This document shows positions 30,914 to 39,494 of a stretch of 64,000 nucleotides of DNA, piece by piece; within the stretch, counting starts at the first letter, position 1, and each line of letters begins with the position of its first letter. The notes beneath the pieces were generated by a model. That model was not told the DNA's origin. It made no database searches and saw nothing but the letters and a program-made list of their open reading frames with translations. Both the position numbers and the translations under genes were made by a program. The stretch covers positions 4,480,001 through 4,544,000 of the forward strand of contig OZ244065.1 in assembly GCA_965215505.1 (NCBI GenBank), in the 5' to 3' direction. The DNA comes from Capsulimonadaceae bacterium. GTDB lineage: Bacteria; Armatimonadota; Armatimonadia; Armatimonadales; Capsulimonadaceae.

Positions 30914-31381
30914 TTAGCCAGTAGGAGAAACTCCTCCCCCACAGTAATTGTCCCCCACTCTGGCTTGGCATAGTAGGCCAGCTTGAGTGAGATTGCCATC
31001 TGGAGTTGTTCCAAAACATCTGCCGCAGGCATTTATTACACACTGATCGCAGGTTCCACCTTCGATTGGATGTGTACGAGGTCCTCCCGGTTGTGCTGGG
31101 CATCCTGAGCAGTTGAAGCCTAATTGTGCGTCGGAACATCCATCGGCGTCGCAGACCGGATTCGCGAACGCGATTCCCGCCTGCTGGAACTCCTTAGCGA
31201 TCGCCTGAGCCACCCTGTTGTCACCCGCCATGCGCTCCATGCGTTGGCCGACGAGACGTGCAAGATCGTCCACGCTGAACATGGACAGCGCGGCGATGCC
31301 CGCCCCAAAGCCCAGTTTCCGGAGGGCCGCTCGGCGCGTCATCTTCTCGCGCTCCACCCGCCGCGCGGTGTCGGCGTCCAT
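30914..31381 (-). CDS. twin-arginine-leader, Cys-rich secreted peptide precursor (possible longer start at 31432 is interrupted by TAA)
   Basis: TRRAALR plus hydrophobic stretch, AFA cleavage-like site, then an ~82-aa core with 10 Cys. Confidence 0.75.
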   Translation of the reverse strand: MDADTARRVEREKMTRRAALRKLGFGAGIAALSMFSVDDLARLVGQRMERMAGDNRVAQAIAKEFQQAGIAFANPVCDADGCSDAQLGFNCSGCPAQPGGPRTHPIEGGTCDQCVINACGRCFGTTPDGNLTQAGLLCQARVGDNYCGGGVSPTG

Positions 31382-31418
31382 TGCCTTGGTTTTGGCAGGT
31401 TAATCCGCCTTCGTTTGC

Positions 31419-31637
31419 TCATTGTCCGGCATGTGTGTTCTCCTCAGATGATCCCTCTGATGCTTCGATGAGTGCTTCGCCTAACACGGCTTTTGCCTGC
31501 GCCTGTATCTCTTGCAAGGCCAAGACGCGGGCCACGACCAGTCCGACCAGACCTTCAATCCGGTCGCGCTCTTCCATCTTGTCGATGACGGCCTGGGCAA
31601 CGAGGTCAACGAACTCGTCACGGTCTTCGATACGCAT
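31419..31637 (-). CDS. small helical hypothetical protein
   Basis: GAGGAG RBS; MRIEDRDEFVDLVAQAVIDKMEE...; first gene of the island operon. Confidence 0.7.
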   Translation of the reverse strand: MRIEDRDEFVDLVAQAVIDKMEERDRIEGLVGLVVARVLALQEIQAQAKAVLGEALIEASEGSSEENTHAGQ

Positions 31638-31695
31638 GGGCGCTCCTCGCGCGGTGGTTTGGGTGGCGACCCTCGCATTTCGTCCGGCATCTCTT

Positions 31696-31767
31696 GGGAG
31701 GGAGGATGTCAGAGGGAGGGAGGATGTCAGAGGGAGGGAGGATGTCAGAGGGAGGGAGGATGTCAGA
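31696..31767. repeat. 18-bp tandem repeat x4 (GGGAGGGAGGATGTCAGA)
   Basis: Four exact copies, directly downstream of a minus-strand TATAAT (31771-31776). Confidence 0.97.
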
Positions 31768-31915
31768 GACATTATACAGCACAATTTCGAGTTTTGATGT
31801 TAAGAAAATGTTAAATCCGCGATTTATTTTTGGACCGAGAGCGTCGGCTATTTTTGGCGTCGAGCCACGGCCCGGCGGCTTGAATTTGCCGGCCCGTTCT
31901 GTTATGATGGTGGGC

Positions 31916-33574
31916 ATGAAGGCAAGTCTTTTCCTGACGCCGCTGCTGGCGATCATCGGCCTCTGTGTGGCCCCGCGCGCCAACGCGGACCCCTCCGGCC
32001 CGTTCACCTGGGGCGAAACCACGCACATGGCAGACGCCGGCTGGGGGCGCATGACGCCGCTCAAAGACGGCCGCTGGCTGGGCGTCAACGCGCTCTATCC
32101 CCATCCCAACAGTATCCTGCAACTGGAGATCAGCGCCGACAAGGCGCGGACCTGGACGCCCCTTGCCACCGTCGCCGAGCCGGGGCGCAACCTGGACAAC
32201 GGCGAGGTCATCCAACTGCCCAATGGCGACCTGCTGCTGACGGGCCGGTCGGTCGTGGACGGGCCGGGCCGGCCCCGCTCGTACCACCTGCCGGTCTACC
32301 GAAGTGCGGACGGCGGCAAGACCTGGACCTTCCAGAGCCAGATAGACACCTCGGAGCCGCCGCCGGCCCAAGCGCGGCACCCCTCGGTCGGGCTGTGGGA
32401 GCCGCACTTCTTTTTTCTTCCTGACGGCAAACTCGCCTGTGCCTATGCCAACGAGAAACCCGCGGTCGCCACGCCCGCCTACAGCCAGATCGTCTCGGAA
32501 AAGGTGTCGCCGGACGAAGGGAAGACGTGGGGGCCGGAGATCGTCCTGGCCGCCCAGGTCGGCGGCGGCGGGCAGCGGCCCGGAATGCCCGTCTTGACCC
32601 GCCTGTCGAACGGCCAGTACATGGCCGTGTATGAAGTCGTCGGGGTGGGGGACGCCGACGTCTACTTCAAGACCTCGCGCGACGGCGTCACCTGGCCGCC
32701 CGGCATCGGCGTCCGTATTCCCTGCCAGCACGCGGGGCCGTGGGTGACGACGCTGACGAGTGGCCGCGTGGTCGTCACTTCCTGCGAGAACCAGATCTCC
32801 ACCAGCGACGACGACGGGGCGACCTGGCTCCTGGCGACCCCACCCGCCTGGCCCATCGGCCACGTCCTCACCTGGCCCGCCCTCTACCAGACCGCCCCGG
32901 ACACGCTGGCCGCGATGAACACCTATCACGGCGTCAACATCCGGTGGGGGAAGATCATCCCCGTCAAACCCTGGCCCGCCCTCTTCACCTCGGATTTCGC
33001 GGCGGGGGATGACGATGGCTGGACCCGGTACGGCGGCCACACCGGGTTCGCCGGCGGGGCTTACCTCCTGAACAACGCCGGCACGACCGGCAAGTCGCTG
33101 ACGGGCGATCCCGCCTGGCACGACGGGACCTTGGAGGCCGACGTGATGCTGACCTCGGCGGGGAACGCAGGCCTGATGTTCCGCACGACGAACGCCGACC
33201 TCTCCGGCCCGGACTCGTTCTCCGGGTACTACGTCGGCCTGGACTCGACCGGCAGCGTCTTCCTCAGCCGCTCGGTGAATAATTATACCGAACTTGCGCG
33301 CGCCCCCCTGGACGTGCCGCTCAACACCTGGCAGCATGTGAGAATCGTCCTGCGCGGGGCTACCCTCGCCGTGTATGTGGGCGACAGCAAGACGCCCACC
33401 CTGCGCGTCTCGGACAGCTTTTTCCTTCGTGGCCAGATCGGCGTCCGCGCCCACAACTGCAACGCCGCGTTCCGGCGGGTGCGGTTCCAGAGCGCGGCGG
33501 CTGTATCGCCTGGGGGCGGGCGTCGGCGTGAAGGGCAGGCACGGGGGCCTGCCCCTACGTTTCGTGGGCGGTAG
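31916..33574 (+). CDS. secreted BNR/Asp-box (sialidase-like) protein with C-terminal DUF1080-like lectin domain
   Basis: Signal peptide; Asp-boxes SADGGKTW, SPDEGKTW, SRDGVTW, SDDDGATW; GLWEP; WQHVRI, GQIGVR; TTGAAT-N17-TATGAT leaderless promoter. Confidence 0.85.
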   Translation: MKASLFLTPLLAIIGLCVAPRANADPSGPFTWGETTHMADAGWGRMTPLKDGRWLGVNALYPHPNSILQLEISADKARTWTPLATVAEPGRNLDNGEVIQLPNGDLLLTGRSVVDGPGRPRSYHLPVYRSADGGKTWTFQSQIDTSEPPPAQARHPSVGLWEPHFFFLPDGKLACAYANEKPAVATPAYSQIVSEKVSPDEGKTWGPEIVLAAQVGGGGQRPGMPVLTRLSNGQYMAVYEVVGVGDADVYFKTSRDGVTWPPGIGVRIPCQHAGPWVTTLTSGRVVVTSCENQISTSDDDGATWLLATPPAWPIGHVLTWPALYQTAPDTLAAMNTYHGVNIRWGKIIPVKPWPALFTSDFAAGDDDGWTRYGGHTGFAGGAYLLNNAGTTGKSLTGDPAWHDGTLEADVMLTSAGNAGLMFRTTNADLSGPDSFSGYYVGLDSTGSVFLSRSVNNYTELARAPLDVPLNTWQHVRIVLRGATLAVYVGDSKTPTLRVSDSFFLRGQIGVRAHNCNAAFRRVRFQSAAAVSPGGGRRREGQARGPAPTFRGR

Positions 33575-33597
33575 GGGCGGCCCCCCGTGGCCGCCCT
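33532..33597. repeat. GTAG-type REP doublet
   Basis: AGGGCAGGCACGGGGGCCTGCCCCTAC / GTAGGGGCGGCCCCCCGTGGCCGCCCT. Confidence 0.75.
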
Positions 33598-33636
33598 TTC
33601 CCTCCGCGCCCAATTTCCCGCCTTTTTCCCCGTCGC

Positions 33637-34656
33637 CTACACCACCCACCACGCCTTAGCCGCCGCGACGCGCGCCACCGACTCGTCAACCCGCGACTCG
33701 GACAGCCGCCCCGTCTCGACGGCCCCAACCAGCGCCCGCTGAATCTGCCGCTGCGTCTCCCAGGTGTGGCAGCAGAGCAGGACATCCGCCCCGGCAAGCA
33801 CCGCCAGCACGGCAGCCTCGGCAGCCCCCCAGCCGTCGGCCACGCCCTTCATTTCCAGATCGTCCGTGATGACCAGGCCCTCAAACCCTAGCTCCCCGCG
33901 CAGCAGCCCCGTCAGGATGGCCGGGGACAGTGTCGCGGGCAGGTGGGCGTCGAGGGCCGGGAACAGGATGTGCGAGGTCATCACGGCCGAAAGCCCCGCC
34001 GCCAACGCCGCCCGAAAGGGGACCAGTTCCACCGCCTCCAGCCGCGCCCGGCCAATCCCAATGCGCGGCAAAGCGTGGTGCGAATCCGTGTCCGTGTCGC
34101 CGTGTCCGGGGAAGTGCTTGCCGCAGGCCAGGATGCCCGCGTCCTCCTGGAACCCGCGCACGGCCGCCGCCCCCATCGCGGCAACGAGGGCAGGGTCGGA
34201 GCCATACGCCCGGTCCCCGATGACCGGGTTCTTCGGGTTGTTGTTCACGTCCAAGACCGGCGCGAAGTCCCAGTTGAACCCCACCGCCCGCAGCCCCTCG
34301 CCGATTTGCCGTGCCGCCGCCCGTGCCTGCTCTGGGTCCTGCGTGTCGCCGACCACGCGGGCGGCGGGGTGGGCGGGATAGTACGGCGGGCCGAGCCGCT
34401 GGACGCGCCCCCCCTCCTGGTCCACGGCCACGAACAGCGGCGGCAGGCCGTTCGCCTTCGCCCGCGCCTGAATCTCCGCGATTGTCGCCCGAGTCTGGTC
34501 AGGCGGCCCGACATTGCGGCCCATCAGGACGATGCCGCCCACGGCGAACTCGTCCACCAATGCGGCGGCATGGGCGTTGACGGTGCGGCTCCCTTCCGGC
34601 GTGTCGCCGGACCAGCCGAACAGGAGCATCTGGCCGATTTTATCGTGGAGTGTCAT
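33637..34656 (-). CDS. nagZ: beta-N-acetylhexosaminidase, GH3
   Basis: VDQEGGRVQR, KHFPGHGDTDTDSH, ITDDLEM. Confidence 0.93.
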   Translation of the reverse strand: MTLHDKIGQMLLFGWSGDTPEGSRTVNAHAAALVDEFAVGGIVLMGRNVGPPDQTRATIAEIQARAKANGLPPLFVAVDQEGGRVQRLGPPYYPAHPAARVVGDTQDPEQARAAARQIGEGLRAVGFNWDFAPVLDVNNNPKNPVIGDRAYGSDPALVAAMGAAAVRGFQEDAGILACGKHFPGHGDTDTDSHHALPRIGIGRARLEAVELVPFRAALAAGLSAVMTSHILFPALDAHLPATLSPAILTGLLRGELGFEGLVITDDLEMKGVADGWGAAEAAVLAVLAGADVLLCCHTWETQRQIQRALVGAVETGRLSESRVDESVARVAAAKAWWVV

Positions 34657-34662
34657 GGTAGG

Positions 34663-36111
34663 TTAATGGATATCCGGGGGCGGCGTGTCCGAGACCGGCA
34701 CGGTGAAGGTCATCGGGATCGTCTGAAGGTCCACGCGCTGGTGGATGATGACGGTGAAGTCTTTAAGGACCGGCGGCGGGTCAAGAAACAGAGGGACACG
34801 GGGAGCGCCCTTCGGCTGGGGGTAGTGCCATGCCGGGTTCTTCGGAGGCCACATGCTGTACGTCCGCGTGTCTCCAGGAGCGTCGATGTAGCCGTCCGCA
34901 TCATAAGGCGGTGCGAACTTGACGCTGACTTCGACTGGCTTCCCGAACTGGCGCACGAGCGGGGACTGGGGGAGATCGCTCGGTGCAGCGGTATGTCGGG
35001 CCGTGATCTTAAGGTTGATCCTCTCACCCATCACGGCACTTGTATCACGACTCTGCGCTGGAAGCGTCACGACGACGCCGCTCGGCGTCGTGAGAGTCAC
35101 AGGGCGCGCGAGTACAAAGGTGTAGGTCCTCAAAGGCCAGTCCCTAGGGTTGCCCGTGTCTCCCTTGACGGCCAGGTTGTGGAACGTCACCTGCTCATCG
35201 TAGGTTTCAAACTGGTGCAGCTCGCAGTCTACCTGCACATACCGGCTTGCAGAGCGGTAGGGAGCAGGGAAGCGGGCGGCATGGCCACTGGAGTACACGT
35301 CGTCCTGCTTCATAAAGATGCCCCCGCGTCCCAAAATCGGCGGCCAGGTGGTGGCACCGTCCGGTCGGGGCCGATCAAACTTTTCCCACTCCGACCACTG
35401 ATCGTTGGTCGCGAGTTCCCATTGATGGGAGTCGTTCGGCAGAATCGGACGTATCTGAGTGAATATCTGATGCCGACCTCGCCAGGCGCGCGCCGTGGTA
35501 GTGATGCCGTCTTTTGTCACGCTGTCCGCGATCTGGGGCGCATCAGGGATCGCATGGCGCATGTTCGGCAGGCGCTTGATGCGCCAGCGGGGGAAGGGGC
35601 CAGTGCTGGGGACGAGCGTCACGTTCATGTACCGGCACTCGCTGGAATAGCCGCCGGGGACTTCAACGCGGTAAAACTGTGGCCCCGACTGAGTGCCGAC
35701 GATCTTCCAGTTCAGCGGCGTGACATCGCCATTTGAGGTCTGGGCCGAGGCTTGCATGGGAGGCATTCTGCTGTCGTAGTTGTCGCCATAGTAAGAAGTG
35801 CCATCAGAACTTTGGGATTGGGCGGTGAGGCGCGGGAAGGCGGGCGGGCGGATGAGGAGAACTGCGGCGTCCTCTCTGTCATCGCCCCATGGCCCGTCAT
35901 TGTTGCCCGGAGTCTTGATTTCTTTCAGGGTGAAGCCGTTCTGTGTGCGCGGCGTGGAGGCGTCCAAAACCGGCGGCAGGTGCAGGACGTTGACCCAGCC
36001 GCCGCGCGCTGTGACGTACCAGGCTGCCGCACTCGCTATCAGGAGCGTGATCAGGGCGAATCGCCGCAACGGGCGCTGCCATAGGGAACGAAGTAGCGGG
36101 CGCATTGCCAT
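34663..36111 (-). CDS. hypothetical exported/membrane-anchored protein
   Basis: 482-aa ORF, N-terminal TM/signal, co-oriented within the operon; no recognisable family. Confidence 0.75.
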   Translation of the reverse strand: MAMRPLLRSLWQRPLRRFALITLLIASAAAWYVTARGGWVNVLHLPPVLDASTPRTQNGFTLKEIKTPGNNDGPWGDDREDAAVLLIRPPAFPRLTAQSQSSDGTSYYGDNYDSRMPPMQASAQTSNGDVTPLNWKIVGTQSGPQFYRVEVPGGYSSECRYMNVTLVPSTGPFPRWRIKRLPNMRHAIPDAPQIADSVTKDGITTTARAWRGRHQIFTQIRPILPNDSHQWELATNDQWSEWEKFDRPRPDGATTWPPILGRGGIFMKQDDVYSSGHAARFPAPYRSASRYVQVDCELHQFETYDEQVTFHNLAVKGDTGNPRDWPLRTYTFVLARPVTLTTPSGVVVTLPAQSRDTSAVMGERINLKITARHTAAPSDLPQSPLVRQFGKPVEVSVKFAPPYDADGYIDAPGDTRTYSMWPPKNPAWHYPQPKGAPRVPLFLDPPPVLKDFTVIIHQRVDLQTIPMTFTVPVSDTPPPDIH

Positions 36112-36150
36112 GATCGCTTGTTCGCGCTCCGGCAGCCGATCTCCTGCTCC

Positions 36151-37314
36151 CTACGGCAGTGTCACCACGCCCAGCAGGCGCGGGCCGCGCGCGCCGGTGG
36201 CGGCGGAGACGTTGGCGGGGATGCCGTGCATCCGGGCGGCGGCGAGCAGGGCGAAGGCGAGGCTTTCCTTCGCCCCGGCGGGGATGACGCCTGCACTGGT
36301 GGGGAAGGTGTCGTGGGTCTCGACGGTGACGGCCGGCAGGGCGGAACGGAGGCCGTCCATCAGGGCGCGGTTATGCGTCCCGCCGCCCCCCGCGATCAGG
36401 CGGTCGGGGAGGCGGGGGAGGAAGGCGCGCAGGGCGTGGGCGATGCTGTCCACAGTGAGCCGAGTCGCCGTGGCGAGGGAGTTGGCGGGGGACAAGTGGG
36501 CGGCTAGGCGCAGGAGATCGGCGACATAGGCGGGGCTGAACAGTTCCGCGCCGGTGCTTTTGGGCGGCGGCAGGGTGTAATAGGGGTGCTGCAAAAGGCG
36601 CGCGAGCAGGGCGGGGTCGGGACGGCCCGAGGCGGCCAGCGCGCCCTCTTTGTCATACGGCTGCCCGGTGAGGGCGATGGCAAGGCCGTCCAGGATGAGG
36701 TTGCCGGGGCCGGTGTCGAAGGCCAGCGTGTCGGCCAGCGCGCCGCCTGCGGGCAGGAAGGCGACGTTTGCGATGCCGCCCAGGTTCAGGGCGACGCGGG
36801 TTTCCGTCGGCGAATGCAGCAGCGCGTAGTCGGCGAACGGCACGAGCGGTGCGCCCTCGCCGCCCGCCGCCATGTCGCGGGCGCGGAAGTCGGAGACGAC
36901 GGGGCAGCCGAGACGTTCGGCAAGCATGGCGGGCTGGCCGAGCTGGAGCGTATTCGGGACGGGAGCGCCCGACGAGGGCGGGGCGTGCCACACGGTCTGC
37001 CCGTGCAGGCCCAGCGCGGCGAGTTGGGCAGTCTTGATGCCTGCCTCCAAAGCGGCTCGGAGGACGGCGTTGGCGTAGACTTCGCCGAGTTCGTAATGCA
37101 GTGCGGCGATCTCGCCGACGGGGACGGGTTGGCCCGCCCGGACGGCCTGAAGGCGGGCGCGTAAGGCATCGGGATAAGGGGCAAAGGCGGTTCCGCGCAG
37201 GGCGATGGCGAAGCGCGGGCGGGCCGGGTCAGCGCCCAAGACGGCGATGTCGGCGAACGCGGTGTCCATGCCGTCGAGGCTGGTGCCCGACATGAGGCCG
37301 GCGTAGAGCGTCAT
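36151..37314 (-). CDS. anmK: anhydro-N-acetylmuramic acid kinase
   Basis: GLMSGTSLDG, HGQTVWH, GGEGAPLVP, LNLGGIAN, FDTGPGN, PPKSTGAE. Confidence 0.96.
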   Translation of the reverse strand: MTLYAGLMSGTSLDGMDTAFADIAVLGADPARPRFAIALRGTAFAPYPDALRARLQAVRAGQPVPVGEIAALHYELGEVYANAVLRAALEAGIKTAQLAALGLHGQTVWHAPPSSGAPVPNTLQLGQPAMLAERLGCPVVSDFRARDMAAGGEGAPLVPFADYALLHSPTETRVALNLGGIANVAFLPAGGALADTLAFDTGPGNLILDGLAIALTGQPYDKEGALAASGRPDPALLARLLQHPYYTLPPPKSTGAELFSPAYVADLLRLAAHLSPANSLATATRLTVDSIAHALRAFLPRLPDRLIAGGGGTHNRALMDGLRSALPAVTVETHDTFPTSAGVIPAGAKESLAFALLAAARMHGIPANVSAATGARGPRLLGVVTLP

Positions 37315-38774
37315 TGCCGCGCCGCCTGCCGCCCGTTGTCCACCCAGATGCGGGTGTGGGTGGGGGGGGGCAATGTCTGGTCGCCCGCGTCCTGGGCCAG
37401 CGCCTCGATAACGTACTCGCCGTCGGGGACGGAGCGCGTGTTCCAGGAGAAGACGTAAGGGGCCGAGTTGGTGACGCCCCGCAACTGGCCGTCCACATAG
37501 AAAGCGACGTAGGCGGTGCGGCGGTCGGGAGTGGCGGCGGTGAGGGTGATCAGGCCGCGCGTCACCATCGTCTTGCCCGCGCGGGCGGCGGCCAGGGCGG
37601 TGGCGGCGTAGTCGCGCTCGGCGACGGCGATCTCCCCCTTGCGCCAGGCCGCATCGCCCGGCTCGTCCCGAACCAGGCGCAGGGCGGTGACGTCGGCCAA
37701 GCCCAGCGTGTGGTCGCCGATGACGGTGGGCATCGCCTGCCATGGGCCGTGGCGGCGCTGAACCTCGGCCCGCCAGGAGTGGCCGGGCTGGTCCCGGCTC
37801 CAGGCCAGGTCGAAGTAGCCGTAGAAGAGCGGCGGCGTCCCTTCCATTTCGGGCGCGGGCGGCTTCTTGCGGGACCCGATGACAAGAACGGAGGGTGCGC
37901 CCGCACCGTCCCCCTGGGCGTTATGGTAGGCGGGCTGGATCTGGAAGCCACCGCGCCGCTCCGGGCCGATTCCCTCGAACAGCGGCGAGGTCGTGACCGG
38001 GGCCGTCGAGACCGTCAGCACGCCGTCGTGGTTCGTGTTCAGCGCCCCGACGCCCGTATACGAGCAGCCGTCGTAGCGGCCCACGCCGACGACGGGCTTG
38101 ACGACGTGCGTCAGCAGTTTCGTCGTCCGGTCGGCGAAGGTCGCCCGCACCTCTCCGCCCGCCACGTTGTCGAAAAACACCTCTTTGAGCGGGTTGGCCG
38201 GGGCGAGGGCGCGGATGAGAAGAACGTCGCCTTCGTGCGGTATGTAGTTGAGCGGGAGCGGCATCGAGTCCCCACCCACTTTGTTCTCCAGCGACACGGG
38301 GTTGCCGACGAAGGGGCTGAGGTCGCGGAAGATGCCGGTGCCGACGGGAATGTTGGTGTAGATGCCGGACAGGCCCGAGACGTGCCCGCCGAACAGGTTG
38401 GGCGTCTGGGCGAACTCGCGCGGCAAAATGTTGATGAGCAGCGGGTCGGGCGCGTCCAGATCGCCCACCCGTATCCGCAGGCCGTGGACGGCAACGGCGG
38501 CGACCGTGCCGGGCTGGGCGTAGCCGCTGGCCGAGTAGCCCATCAGGCTCTCCGTCGCGGGCGCGGTGACGCGCCCGACGAGGTGCCAGGTCTTGCCGGT
38601 ATCGCTTGAAACCTGGATCGCGCCGTCAATGCTGTTGACGATGCGGATGCGGTGCGTCTCCACCTGCGTGAACGGGGCAAAGGCCGGCGGCCTCTCGTCC
38701 GCACGGGCGGGGTGAGACGTAAGGAGGCTGGTGAGGAGAAGGAGAACGGAGAGCAGCAGGGCCGGGACGCGCAT
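37311..38774 (-). CDS. secreted hypothetical protein with C-terminal bacterial Ig-like domain
   Basis: Signal peptide; VAFYVDG...APYVFSWNTRSVPDGEY; leaderless TATACT. Confidence 0.8.
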   Translation of the reverse strand: MRVPALLLSVLLLLTSLLTSHPARADERPPAFAPFTQVETHRIRIVNSIDGAIQVSSDTGKTWHLVGRVTAPATESLMGYSASGYAQPGTVAAVAVHGLRIRVGDLDAPDPLLINILPREFAQTPNLFGGHVSGLSGIYTNIPVGTGIFRDLSPFVGNPVSLENKVGGDSMPLPLNYIPHEGDVLLIRALAPANPLKEVFFDNVAGGEVRATFADRTTKLLTHVVKPVVGVGRYDGCSYTGVGALNTNHDGVLTVSTAPVTTSPLFEGIGPERRGGFQIQPAYHNAQGDGAGAPSVLVIGSRKKPPAPEMEGTPPLFYGYFDLAWSRDQPGHSWRAEVQRRHGPWQAMPTVIGDHTLGLADVTALRLVRDEPGDAAWRKGEIAVAERDYAATALAAARAGKTMVTRGLITLTAATPDRRTAYVAFYVDGQLRGVTNSAPYVFSWNTRSVPDGEYVIEALAQDAGDQTLPPPTHTRIWVDNGRQAARQ

Positions 38775-38797
38775 GGGGTGAGTATACCCGACACGGA

Positions 38798-38843
38798 CCT
38801 AACCCCGGCCCAAGGGCCGACCCTTCCCCGTCAAGGAAGGGGC
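38798..38843. repeat. REP-like element (related copy at 50177-50218)
   Basis: ACCTAACCCCGGCCCAAGGGCCGACCCTTCCC vs reverse complement of 50177-50218 ACCTAACCCCGGCGCGAGCGCCGACCCTTCCC. Confidence 0.7.
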
Positions 38844-38844
38844 T

Positions 38845-39188
38845 GGAAGGGATGCTTGAGCGCGGGCCGCGCGTCTCGGCGACCGCCTTCACGAACGGGC
38901 CGCCGAGGTCTGCGAGCAGCGTGGCCGAGGCCCGCCCGCCGTCGTTGAAGAGGATCGGATGCTGCTGGTCCAGCGGGGGCCGGTTTGTCTGGTTGCAGTA
39001 GCCGCCCAAGACTTCGAGCGTGCCGCCGTTCTGCCGCAGCAGCGTCTCAGGAAACGTGATGTCCGGCCCCCGCTCTGGTCCCCCGTCCGCGCGGCATGGG
39101 CGGGGTTGGGGAGGGCAGTCAGGGCCAGGATCAGGAAGAAAATCGCCATTCGGAGGAGCGCGGCACGGGCGCGGTGGGTGTAGGTCAT
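38845..39188 (-). pseudogene. probable fragment of a secreted-protein gene, frameshifted and truncated
   Basis: Signal peptide ending AHA; protein-like sequence continues in another frame across G5 runs near 39067-39084 and ends at the REP element. Confidence 0.4.
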
Positions 39189-39261
39189 GGGGGCAGTCTT
39201 TCCGCGCCGTGGCCTGGTTCTCCTGCCTGGCGTGCAGGCGGCCAAGAGCAGGACGAGAACA

Positions 39262-39403
39262 GGCCGAGTGATTGAAATCACTCGCTACGTTAGGATTTGT
39301 CCAGGGGACAATCGGACAGAGGGAGGCTGCCCCCGACTACTGTACTCCCTCTTCTGTCCCCTGGACAGGTCCGGCGTCAGCGAGTGATTTCAATCACTCG
39401 GCC
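39262..39403. repeat. REPIN-like element
   Basis: GCCGAGTGATTGAAATCACTCGCT ... AGCGAGTGATTTCAATCACTCGGC with inner IR TGTCCAGGGGACA/TGTCCCCTGGACA. Confidence 0.82.
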
Positions 39404-39494
39404 CACATCTTTGTCCCACATTCTTGTCCCACACCCTTCCGGCCCGGAAGTCCGCCCGCGAACCCTTTTGCCCCCGGGCCCCGTTATCACAGCC

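Noticed and set aside
30914-31160. Lanthipeptide/ranthipeptide precursor or c-type cytochrome
   Set aside because: No Lan or radical-SAM maturase in the island, and no CxxCH motif.
31696-31767. CRISPR array
   Set aside because: Repeats are contiguous with no spacers, and there are no cas genes in the window.
31694-31915. N-terminal MSEGGR repeat extension of the BNR protein
   Set aside because: It is only the translated tandem repeat; the signal peptide and promoter indicate a start at 31916.
39409-39432. TTGTCCCACA x2 next to the REPIN
   Set aside because: Too short to assign a function.
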